64,000 nt of DNA from Cyanophora paradoxa CCMP329. Taxonomy: Eukaryota > Plantae > Glaucophyta. How positions within the stretch are numbered: the first letter of the stretch is position 1; every line of letters begins with the position of its first letter. Shown here in pieces: positions 11,466-23,400 of this stretch. The notes beneath the pieces are model-generated. The model ran no database searches. It was given only the letters and a program-made list of their open reading frames with translations, and had not been told where the DNA came from. Location: NCBI GenBank assembly GCA_004431415.1, contig QPMI01000370.1, forward strand, positions 925-64,924, read 5' to 3'. The position numbers were made by a program, and so were the translations under genes.

Positions 11466-14400
11466 TCAGCTTCGCTCTTCGCTCTCCATTGCGAGAACGT
11501 CGCCCGCGATTGGACTCCGCCCGCTGGAGCCGGAAACGGGAATTCGAAGCGCCTGTTCTATCGGAGGGTGGAACAGGGGGCCCGGGCTCTCACTGGCCCC
11601 GGGGAGGCTGAAGGAGCGCTCCGGGCGGCGCCGGCCCCCTTCGCGCCCCGCGTTCGAGGCGTCGGCGCCGGAGCCAGCTGCAGGCCTCGGACCAAACTGC
11701 AGCCAACGTAAGCTCAAGCACGTAGAGGGCGCGCCGATAGCCGCACCTCGAGAACGACGGAGCCGTCAGGTCGGAAGGGCCCCGAGCTCGAGGCGGGGGC
11801 TGCCGGCAGCGACGGCAGCGTCCGCCCTCCGCGCAAAAAGCTACCCGGGCCGCGGCTGGGCAGGAAGCCGCTCGGCTGAGAAGAGCCGAAGGCGCTTGGG
11901 GGCGGCCCGTCGAGCTTGGGCTGCGCTCGAGGGGTTACGCAAGAGAGAAGCCGATTTCACGGATTCCTTCGCGCACCCTCGCGAGTACGTTTCCGATCCG
12001 AATCTCGAGATTGCCATCGCTCGATCCGGATCCGGACGCGGCTGGCGGCGGCGGCGCGACGGGAGCGAGGGAACCCAGCGCGGGACTGACGTTGTAAGTG
12101 AGGCCGGCTGAGGGCGCATTGACGGCCGCCACCGCCTGCTTCGAGCTCGGCTTCGCGTCGACGTCCCCGCCCGCCCCAGCGGTGCGGGCGAAAGCGGGCT
12201 TGCTGCCCGTCGACGGCAGAGCGGACGTCGACGCCAACGCCGGCGCCGGCTGCTGCGCGCGCTGGCCGGATCCGAAGCTCCGCGAGACGCCGTTGTCTGC
12301 AGGCGGCTGCGCGACGGCTGAGGATGACTGCTGCTTTTCCAGCGTCGCCCAGTCCGGATCCGGACCCACAGACGCCGACGCCAGGTCCTCCGCCGTAGAC
12401 GCAGCCGGCGAAAGCGCGCCAGGGCCCGCCTCCGGGTGCGTCTTCTCCGAGCGCTGGCGACCGCCCCCTGGCCCGCCCCCGCCCTCGCGCCTCGCGCGCC
12501 ACGACTGCCGATCGGGGGCCGTCAGCGCGCGGCGAGGCTGCGGGTCCCGGGGCCCATCGGCCACGCGGCGCACGCTGAGGAGCCTGGCGAGGGCGACGTA
12601 GACGGCGAAGGCCTCTGCGACGGCTCTGAAGGCCCCGAGGCCCAGGGCGTAGACCCCCGAGAGAAAGTCCAGCACGCTCTGCGCGCCCGCGCCCTTCGGC
12701 CGTCGGCGCCGGCCGCGAGCGCGAGGGCCGCCTGGACCCCCGTCGGAGAGCCGCGCACGCTTTTGGTCTTCTCGTCGACGAGGAGGTAGGAGGGGGCGAC
12801 GTTCATGACGACGCGGAAGCCGACGGCGTTCTGCGCGGGCAGGTCGGGGCGGAAGTTCGCCGCGCCGATCTCCGCCTCCGCGTTGTCCTCGTTCGGCACG
12901 CTCGCCTGCGCGCGGTTGAATTAAACTCTCGGAGGGTGCGGGAGATCTAGAGGGGCTCGGGGCGCGCGAGGGGCCGGACCTTGTAGCGCGCGAGGGACTC
13001 GTCGCGGCTGAAGTGCACCGCGTTCAGACTCAGGGGCACGGTCACGGGGCGCTCCCCGCGGAAGAGGCGGCTCCGGGAGGTCGTCCCCGTCGCGCCCGTC
13101 ACCGAGACGCCGCCGGGCAGCTGCGTCACCGCGTGCGCGGCGCGTCGGCTGCGTGAGAGGGTGGGCGGTGCAGATCTCTAGGGCTCGCCTGGATGCTGAA
13201 CTGGGTGCCGACGGAGAAGGCGAGGGTGCGGGAGGCGGCGAGGCTCGAGGCGGGGGCGCCGCCCGCCGACGAGACGTTCCACGGGGGCCGCAGCACGACG
13301 TCGACCTGCGGGCTCTGCGTCTGCACGCTCGCCAGCCTGCGCGACGGGCTCTGCGTTTGCACGCGCAGCGCGCGAGAGCGGCGGGCCGCGCGGGCGCGCC
13401 TGCAGGCCTTGCAGGTCCAGGTGACGGAGCAGGTGTAGCCGTCGGCGGGCTGGCGCGAGGTCGCGGACCACGCGCCGGAGAAGCCGAGGGCCTCTACAAG
13501 CACGTCGCCGGGGCGGGCGCAGGGGCCCTTGTAGCCGCGGAAGGCGACCGAGACGGCGAGGTCACCCGCGATGGCCCCCGCCGAGGGGGAGACCCCGGGG
13601 TTCAGGCTTTGCGTCACGTAGTAGTTCGCTGGATCGGAGGGAATCAGGCGCCAGCTGCAGCACTCCAATCGATGGGAGCAGGAATATTAATATTCGTACC
13701 GATCACGAACTCGGCGATCATGAAGGCGACCGCGAGGGCGACGGCGGTCACCTGTGACGGCGCAAAATCGACTTCAGAAGGCCATATATAAAGACCGCAG
13801 ATCTAGAAGCGAGCGGCGCACCCCGCAGAAGGTGAAGAAGACACCCGTGAGGCTCGGGGCTGAAGGGCCGTTTTCGGGCTTGTCAACGTCACGGTAGAGA
13901 ATATGCAGCCTCGTAACCTTCAACAGAACTCGAATACCGAACGGGTACAGAAACGATGCGTTTAAACGGCCCAAACGAACCTTCGCGAAACGAACGTCGC
14001 GGCCATCGCGGCTCGGGAGGTACAGATACGCAGCCAAGATAAGGCAGCCTGTAATACGTTCGACGTCGCACGCGAATTCTTGAACCAGAACTGCGAAATG
14101 GACTTACACAAGAGCGCGCTGCCAATGCTGACGATGGCAATAAGCAGGAAGATCTGAAGCAGACGGTTTTGCTGCGCGCAGCCCATCAGCAACAGCTACT
14201 CTAAATAAGCGCTTCATTCGTCCAGAAAGGCACCGCGATGGATTCGTCCTGGATGACGGGCTCCGTGACGGTCGCATTCAGCGTCCCGTACTGCACCGTG
14301 GAGCTCTCGCGTTCGGTGGCCTTGGCATTGGAGCCGCCGAAGATTCCGAGGTCGATCTCGCGCAGGCGCCGGCGCTGCCGCGATCGCGAGATGCCCTCGA

Positions 14401-17400
14401 AGGGACTGCGGCTGCGCGTCAACTCGAGAGCGCGCGAACGGAGAATTTAAAGTGCAGACTTCGAGTTCGGCTCCTGGCCGAAAAGGTCGCTTGTTGTCGA
14501 CGTGAAGATCGCCGTCAGTTTGATCGGCTGCACCGTCGCAAGCGGGCAGAGCTCGTCTGCCAAGCACTGCGGGGCGAAGCTCGTCACGATCTAGACTAAG
14601 CGACATTGGAGATGCACAAGGCTCGAAGCGCGTGCCGGGAGGCAGGATGTGGAACCCGACGACGGTGCGTAGAAGCCGGTCTCGCAGGGCGTACACACGG
14701 TCTGGTTCGAGCGGTACGTGCCGGCCGGGCACGGCTCGCACACGGTTCGCAGCGGGTCAGCCTGCCGTCACAATCGCCAGATTCAAACAAATGCACTGGC
14801 GGCCGCGGCGATGCGCGCGCACCACGGAGCCCGGCGGGCAGGAGAAGCACGAGATAGAGGCGGTCCCGGGGGCGATCGTGTTAACGTCGCAGGCCTCGCA
14901 TGTTGTCGCACCCGCGCGGAGCAGCGTGCCTGCCGCACACGCCTCGCAGCCCGTGCCCCCCGCGTTGGCGACGTGCCCCATCGGGCAGAGCTCGCACGCC
15001 GCCGATGATGCCAATGGCGCGTAGGTCCGGCCCGTGCAGCGCTCGCACTTGGCTCCCGTGGCGTCCGGCGCCGTGCCACTCGCGCAGGCTGCAAATTGTC
15101 GTGTGAGTGGACGACGGCCTCGCAACGAACGGGGCTCGTGAAACGCGAACGAGTGCAGAGGGTGTTCTCGGCGTTGGAGACGTGGCCGGCCGCACAGGCC
15201 GCGCACGCCGAGGCGCCGAAGCTCTCGGCGTATCTCCCCTGCGCGTTTCGCGCTAAATGATCTCGTCGCGCGCACGCGCAGTGAGAAGTTCGATCCGCAC
15301 CGAAGGGCATCTGGAGCAGGCGGGCATGCTGCCGTTGCGGAAGCTTCCCGGTGCGCACGGCAAGCAGCCGCGCTTGTCTGGCGCGGAAACCTGTTGCCGC
15401 GGATCAGCACTCTGAACTTGCGGTCCAAGAAGATCTAGAAGCGATTTGCACCGTTCCATCCAAGCAACGCTGCGATTTGTGGAAAACAGATGATCATGAG
15501 CCCACGCCGAGTCGAAATCGCGAATGAAAAATTAAAGAAAGAACCGTGCAGGATCCCGCGGTCCCTTTCGCACTCGCGAAAGAGTTCGACTCGCACGCGA
15601 TGCACGCCAGCGTTCCGTTGGGCATGAAAGGTGCCCTCCGCACACCTGCCGAACGTTTTTCGCACGCCAGTTCTGAGCGGTTGCAGTTAAGCACGGGAGG
15701 TTAGACGTACGGGACGCATGACTTGGCGTTCAGAGCCGGCAGGGCTGCCCGACAGGCATCAGCTCATGATCGGTTACTCAAACGGCTTGAATGAACTTGA
15801 ATTTCGCTCACATCCGGCAGGGCAGGCTTCGCAAGAGCCGAAGAGACCGCCCGGGCTGTAGAACCCGGCCGGGCACTGCGAGAAGAGAAGTTACCGAATC
15901 GCAAAAACTGGAAGGGGTCTTTCGCGGCGTGAAAGCAGCACACCAGGATGCAGAAGGAGACGCCGTCAGGCATGTAAGTGCCCGCGGGGCACGGGGCGCA
16001 GCTCTGGCGGCGCTCGTCCTGCGTGGTGCCGGGCGGGCAGCGCGTGCAGTTCTGGAAAGCCCCCGAGCCCGACGAGACCGTGCCGGACGGGCAGTCCTGG
16101 CAGGCCGCGCCTGCCGACGGCTGGTACGTTCTGCGGCGATTGCGAGGCGGTGTCAGCGAGCCGCGATGTGAGGGTGACCGGCTTAACGAACCCGGGGCTG
16201 CAGGGGAGACAAAGGGTGCGGTCCGAGCTCGAGACGTAGCCGTTCGGGCAGTCCTCGCACTTGCCGAACGCGCGGCTAGAGGAGCGCGTCCCGGGAGGAC
16301 ACGCCTGGCACGGCGCGCCGCTCGACGCTTGGAATGTGCCCGGCTCGCATGGGTCGCAAGTGCGCCGGTCCGGCGAAACGACCGTGCCACGCTCGCAGAC
16401 AGTGCAGTTCCCGTACGTGGCCGTCCGCGACGTGACCGAGCCGGCCGGGCAGTCCTGGCACGGCGCCCCGGGCCCCGACTGGTACGTCCCGACGGGGCAC
16501 TCCAGGCACCGCTGCCGGTCCTCGCTCGGCACCGTCCCTGCGCGAGAACGCGTCGCCGTGCAGTCAGCGCGAGGCTCATGATCAGCAGATGATCACAAGC
16601 AGCCAAACTTGCCGTCGGGGCACTTGAGGCACGAGCCGGCGCGCCCCGTCTCCGGCGAGTACGTTCCCGAGGGGCACTGCGCCCCGCCCCGTGAGCCCGC
16701 GATGCGAGAACGAAAACGATCGCCGCCGCCCGCGCGCACCGGCGCGCAGAAGGTGGAGCCCGTCGGCATGTAGGTCCCCACGGGGCACGCCTCGCACCGG
16801 TCCTTCGCCTCCGTCGGCACCGTCCCCGCCGCGCACCGCGTGCAGTTCGTCGCCCGCAGCCCCGACGCGATCGAGCCCAGCGGGCAGTCCTGGCACGGCG
16901 CCCCGCGCGACGGCTGGTACGTCCTGCGCCCCGCGTCGGCTCCCCCGCCGCCCGAAGCGACGCCAACGCTCGCAGCGCACCCCGCGGTGCAGGGGAAGCA
17001 AAGCGTGCGGGCCGCGTTCGCCACCTCCCCGGCTGCGCACTCGTCGCAGCTCCCGAAGGTCCGAACGTTGGGCGCCACCGTCCCCGGCGCGCACGCCTGG
17101 CACGGCGCCCCGGCCGACACCTGGAATGCGCCCGCCGGGCAGTCGTCGCAGTCGTCGCGGTTCACGTTCGGCACCGAGCCTGCCGCGCGCGACCCCCGTC
17201 GGCCCCGTCAGGCGCGAAGAGCATTCGAAGCTTTAAGCCGCCGAGCCTCAGGACGGACCGAGCGGGCAGACGGCGCAGGAGCCGTTCGTCGCCGCGTTCT
17301 TTGCGAACGTGCCCGACGGACACTGCGCGAAAGGAGCCGAGCTTCAGCGCGCGCGCCTCCAGAGGCAGCCCGCTCGCGGTTTCGCGCACCGGGGAGCAGA

Positions 17401-20400
17401 AGGGCGCGTCGTCCGGCTTGTATGTCCCGCTCGGGCAGGCCGTGCAGGCGACGCGGTCCGCCGTCGAGACCCAGCCGCGCTCGCACGCATCGCACGCCCC
17501 AAACGTGCCCGTCTGCGCCGCCTTCGTCCCCAGCGGGCACGCCTCGCACACCGCCCCCTCCGAGGGCTGGTAGCTCCTGCGCGCCGATCCGTCAGTCACG
17601 CGAAAGCGTCGATCGGTTAGGAAGGGAAACGAGCCCGAGGGCGCAGGGCGAGCAGCGCTGGCGGTCCGCTGAGGCGACCTCGCCGCGCTGGCACCGCGTG
17701 CAGTTCCCGTACGTGGCCGTCCGCGACGTGACCGAGCCGGCCGGGCAGTCCTGGCACGGCGCCCCGGGCCCCGACTGGTACGTCCCGACGGGGCACTCCA
17801 GGCACCGCTGCCGGTCCTCGCTCGGCACCGTCCCTGCGCGAGAACGCGTCGCCGTGCAGTCAGCGCGAGGCTCATGATCAGCAGATGATCACAAGCAGCC
17901 AAACTTGCCGTCGGGGCACTTGAGGCACGAGCCGGCGCGCCCCGTCTCCGGCGAGTACGTTCCCGAGGGGCACTGCGCCCCGCCCCGTGAGCCCGCGATG
18001 CGAGAACGAAAACGATCGCCGCCGCCCGCGCGCACCGGCGCGCAGAAGGTGGAGCCCGTCGGCATGTAGGTCCCCACGGGGCACGCCTCGCACCGGTCCT
18101 TCGCCTCCGTCGGCACCGTCCCCGCCGCGCACCGCGTGCAGTTCGTCGCCCGCAGCCCCGACGCGATCGAGCCCAGCGGGCAGTCCTGGCACGGCGCCCC
18201 GCGCGACGGCTGGTACGTCCTGCGCCCCGCGTCGGCTCCCCCGCCGCCCGAAGCGACGCCAACGCTCGCAGCGCACCCCGCGGTGCAGGGGAAGCAAAGC
18301 GTGCGGGCCGCGTTCGCCACCTCCCCGGCTGCGCACTCGTCGCAGCTCCCGAAGGTCCGAACGTTGGGCGCCACCGTCCCCGGCGCGCACGCCTGGCACG
18401 GCGCCCCGGCCGACACCTGGAATGCGCCCGCCGGGCAGTCGTCGCAGTCGTCGCGGTTCACGTTCGGCACCGAGCCTGCCGCGCGCGAACCCCGTCGGCC
18501 CCGTCAGGCGCGAAGAGCATTCGAAGCTTTAAGCCGCCGAGCCTCAGGACGGACCGAGCGGGCAGACGGCGCAGGAGCCGTTCGTCGCCGCGTTCTTTGC
18601 GAACGTGCCCGACGGACACTGCGCGAAAGGAGCCGAGCTTCAGCGCGCGCGCCTCCAGAGGCAGCCCGCTCGCGGTTTCGCGCACCGGGGAGCAGAAGGG
18701 CGCGTCGTCCGGCTTGTATGTCCCGCTCGGGCAGGCCGTGCAGGCGACGCGGTCCGCCGTCGAGACCCAGCCGCGCTCGCACGCATCGCACGCCCCAAAC
18801 GTGCCCGTCTGCGCCGCCTTCGTCCCCAGCGGGCACGCCTCGCACACCGCCCCCTCCGAGGGCTGGTAGCTCCTGCACGCCGAGCCGTCAGTCACGCGAA
18901 AGCGTCGATCGGTTAGGAAGGGAAACGAGCCCGAGGGCGCAGGGCGAGCAGCGCTGGCGGTCCGCTGAGGCGACCTCGCCGCGCTGGCACCGCGTGCAGT
19001 TCCCGTACGTGGCCGTCCGCGACGTGACCGAGCCGGCCGGGCAGTCCTGGCACGGCGCCCCGGGCCCCGACTGGTACGTCCCGACGGGGCACTCCAGGCA
19101 CCGCTGCCGGTCCTCGCTCGGCACCGTCCCTGCGCGAGAACGCGTCGCCGTGCAGTCAGCGCGAGGCTCATGATCAGCAGATGATCACAAGCAGCCAAAC
19201 TTGCCGTCGGGGCACTTGAGGCACGAGCCGGCGCGCCCCGTCTCCGGCGAGTACGTTCCCGAGGGGCACTGCGCCCCGCCCCGTGAGCCCGCGATGCGAG
19301 AACGAAAACGATCGCCGCCGCCCGCGCGCACCGGCGCGCAGAAGGTGGAGCCCGTCGGCATGTAGGTCCCCACGGGGCACGCCTCGCACCGGTCCTTCGC
19401 CTCCGTCGGCACCGTCCCCGCCGCGCACCGCGTGCAGTTCGTCGCCCGCAGCCCCGACGCGATCGAGCCCAGCGGGCAGTCCTGGCACGGCGCCCCGCGC
19501 GACGGCTGGTACGTCCTGCGCCCCGCGTCGGCTCCCCCGCCGCCCGAAGCGACGCCAACGCTCGCAGCGCACCCCGCGGTGCAGGGGAAGCAAAGCGTGC
19601 GGGCCGCGTTCGCCACCTCCCGGCTGCGCACTCGTCGCAGCTCCCGAAGGTCCGAACGTTGGGCGCCACCGTCCCCGGCGCGCACGCCTGGCACGGCGCC
19701 CCGGCCGACACCTGGAATGCGCCCGCCGGGCAGTCGTCGCAGTCGTCGCGGTTCACGTTCGGCACCGAGCCTGCCGCGCGCGACCCCCGTCGGCCCCGTC
19801 AGGCGCGAAGAGCATTCGAAGCTTTAAGCCGCCGAGCCTCAGGACGGACCGAGCGGGCAGACGGCGCAGGAGCCGTTCGTCGCCGCGTTCTTTGCGAACG
19901 TGCCCGACGGACACTGCGCGAAAGGAGCCGAGCTTCAGCGCGCGCGCCTCCAGAGGCAGCCCGCTCGCGGTTTCGCGCACCGGGGAGCAGAAGGGCGCGT
20001 CGTCCGGCTTGTATGTCCCGCTCGGGCAGGCCGTGCAGGCGACGCGGTCCGCCGTCGAGACCCAGCCGCGCTCGCACGCCTCGCACGCCCCAAACGTGCC
20101 CGTCTGCGCCGTCTTCGTCCCCAGCGGGCACGCCTCGCACGCCGCCCCCTCGGACGGCTGGTAGCTCCTGCGCGACAGAAAAAGCGTCATGCATCATGCA
20201 TATAATCAGACATATGGTTAGACATGGAATGTTAATCGAAGCGCACCCAGCCGAGCACGCTACGCACGAACGCCGATCGTCGGACGAAACGGTGCCCCGC
20301 ACGCAGCGCGTGCAGTTGCGGAAGGTGCCTGCCAGTGGAGCGACCGACCCCACGGGGCACGGCTCGCAGGAAGCGTCCTCCCTTGGCTGGTATGTGCTTC

Positions 20401-23400
20401 GAGGGAAGCTTAATATTTGGATGAGATCTAGAGCAGCAGACCACACGACTTACCCGGGGTCGCAAATGCGGCAGAGAGACCGCTCCGGTACCGCCTCAGA
20501 TCCATTAGTACACTTCTCGCACCTGCGTTGCACGTCATCAACGTAAATACGCGATGGAAAGGCGCCTAAAGCTGCCTTTTCCATTGCAGACCTTCCAAAC
20601 GTCCCCTCCTGCGAAGCTTTGGTGCCTGCAGGGCATTCCTGGCAAGCCGCCCCCTCGAACGCCTGGTAGGTCCCGATGGGGCACTTCTCGCATCCGGTCC
20701 GGCTCTCCAGCGACACGGTTCCTGTTCGGAGGAGCTTTAATGTTTTCCAGAGAGGGATATCGATAACTGAAGAGGATAACGTAACGCGCCTTGAGGGCAC
20801 GGCGCGCAGCTTCGACTCCCCGGAAGGGCGGAGTAGGTCCCGTACGGGCACTGTTCGAGGCAGACGCGTCAATTGCGACGGTTTCAAATTACTCTGATGC
20901 TTTCAACTCGCCTGAGCACAGGTGAAACCGCCTTCGGGCCGATAGGAGCCCGCGGGACAGGACTCGCAGCCGAGGCGGTCCGGGGTTGAGACGGCGCCGT
21001 CAGGGCAGACAGAGCACTGGCCGAAAGTGCCGTTCGTGTCCGCAAATGTTCCGAGGGGGCAGTCTTGGCAGGGAAGGCCGAGCCCCGGCTGGAACGTGCC
21101 TTTCGCGCACTGCGGGCAAGTGATCACGTGCGGTGCTGGGCACAACGCTTGCGCGGCGCGAATATTAATGCCGCACCGAAGTGCAGGAGCCGGCATCGGG
21201 CGACGGCACGCTCCCGGCAGGGCAGGCTGTGCAGTTCGAGACGGATCCTGCAACGATGCGAAGCCATTCATATCGAGCTCTGCACTTAAAAGGGGTGCAG
21301 AAGGACGGACCTTCCAGGGCGGCCTCGTACGGCGGGCACCTGCGCATGCAGGCAACCGAACGTCTCAGAGATCGATCGCTTGCAGTTATCAATATTTTTT
21401 TATGGAGCGGACTTCAAGCAGAACGCGGCGCCCGCTTGTGGAAGGTAATGGCCCGCTGCGAACGACCATTTCAGAACAATTGCGACGCAGATCTAGAGAC
21501 CTTGACGGCGTATACGTGAATTAAAGCAACTCGCCCTTGCAGAGCAGGCATTTGGAGGTCCACGCCTGCGACGGCGTGTAGCTGTTCGCTGGGCACCGCT
21601 GGCATCCGCCCCCTTCCTCCTCGCCGAACGAGTTCTGCGGGCACTCCGTGCAGCTCGCGCTCCCGTTCGCCGCGAAGGTGCCCTTCGGACACTGAAGGAA
21701 AACGGGCGGGTTATATATAGCGCAGACTAATATTGATGGGGATATTGAGGATGGGCACCGGCGTGCAGTCCGTGCTTCCTGGTGGGGCGAAGGAATTCTC
21801 GCGGCAGACGCCGGCCTCGGAGAGGATGAGCAGGCCGGTGGTGTTCGAGAAGTAGCCGCCGGGCAGCGGCGAGCAGTCCCCGGCGGCGAGGTCGAACACA
21901 GTGCCGGCGGAGCAGTTCGTCCTCACCGCGAACACCTCCGCACTGGAAGAAGCGTGAACGGTGAGAAAACAATCGGCCGCGGACTCTACGGATTGATGCA
22001 CCTGCGGTGCGTGTAGAAGAAGAGCCGCTTGTCTCGTGTGCTGGTCGAGTTTCCGGCCGTCTCCGGGGCGAGCACCCCCCTGCAGTGCTCTTGAGCGATG
22101 TTCGCTTGACGGCTGCGGGCAGAGATGCAATTGCAAGCCCCACCTGACGCCGGGGACGAAGCTATGCAGCACCACGACCGGGCCCATGACGGGCTTGTCC
22201 GCGTTGTAGACCTGCGTACGCGTGTCGACGCTCACTGCGGGCTGGCGCAGGCAGCCAAAGCGGCGGCACGAACCTTCACAAGCTCCGACGAGTTTGCGTA
22301 CAGGCCGGAGTAATCGATCTGAGAAACTCATGATCATGATCACTGAGAAACGGAAGGGACCCGGATCGGATTCGCTCGCCTTCTTGCCGGTGACGTCGGC
22401 GTCGATCTTGTCTGAGGCGAGGCCCGAGCCTGTCGACGCCGACATCGCCTCCCGCGCCACGTACAGCGCGCCGTCCTGCGCATGCACGAGGCGCGAGGTC
22501 AAACGGAGCGCCCAATGGAAAATTCGACAGCGCACTTGGAATGCTACGGCGCCGACGCTGTACCAGAGCTTGCGGGAAGGGGACCAGGCGTCGGACTGCG
22601 TCAGCGCGATGCTGGCGTCTGGAGAGCCGCCGAGCGACGATTGCCCGGCAGCCGACGAGCTTTTCCTGCTCTCGGCATCAGTACAAAATAGAATGTTGAT
22701 CTCAGGGCACGTAGATTGCAGACTTCAGGCGAATTACGGTGTCGCCGACGACGTAAAAGCCGTAATGGGTGTCGGCGGCCTCGCAGTGCTTGCCCTCCAG
22801 CGCGCCGTAGCCCGCCGACGCGTACCGCGGCATCGCGTTCTGCACGATGAAGCCGTCGTCGACATGCACCGAGGCGTTGAACAGCGGCCGAGCGTCCACG
22901 AGCGTGGCGCCGCTCTGCGACACTGACCACGACATCCTGACGACGAGGTGGAAGACCGAGCCCGGCAGCGGCAGGTCGCTGCGCTCCGCCGCGCTCGACA
23001 GCGAGGCCCTTTCGGCCGACGACGTGATGCCGAGCTGCGCGAACGTCGGGAAGAGCGGGACGCGGACGATGCCGTGAAGCAGCTGCGGTGCGGCGCTGTC
23101 GGTCGGGTCGGTGGGCAGGTCCGTCACCAGAGCCTGCACGGTCGGCACGGGCGCGTAGGAGACAGTTTACGACTTGAAGAGCGTGTGCGGGAACATGGGG
23201 AAAGGGTTCGTCGTGTGGCCGGTCGGCAGAAGCGGGGCGAAGGCGAGCGGGGAGCCGGACGGGGCCTCCAGCTCGCCGCCCGGGACGCGGGGCTCGAAGA
23301 CGTCCAGCGGCAGCCGCTGTGAGCCGGTGCCGGGGCAGTACCGCAGAGTGTACGTCGGCATGTACCTGCGCGCGAGCAAAACAATATATTAATATTAGAC

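Noticed and set aside
10465-20172. CRISPR-like arrays
   Set aside because: The repeats are simple tandem or coding duplications without unique spacers, in a eukaryotic context.
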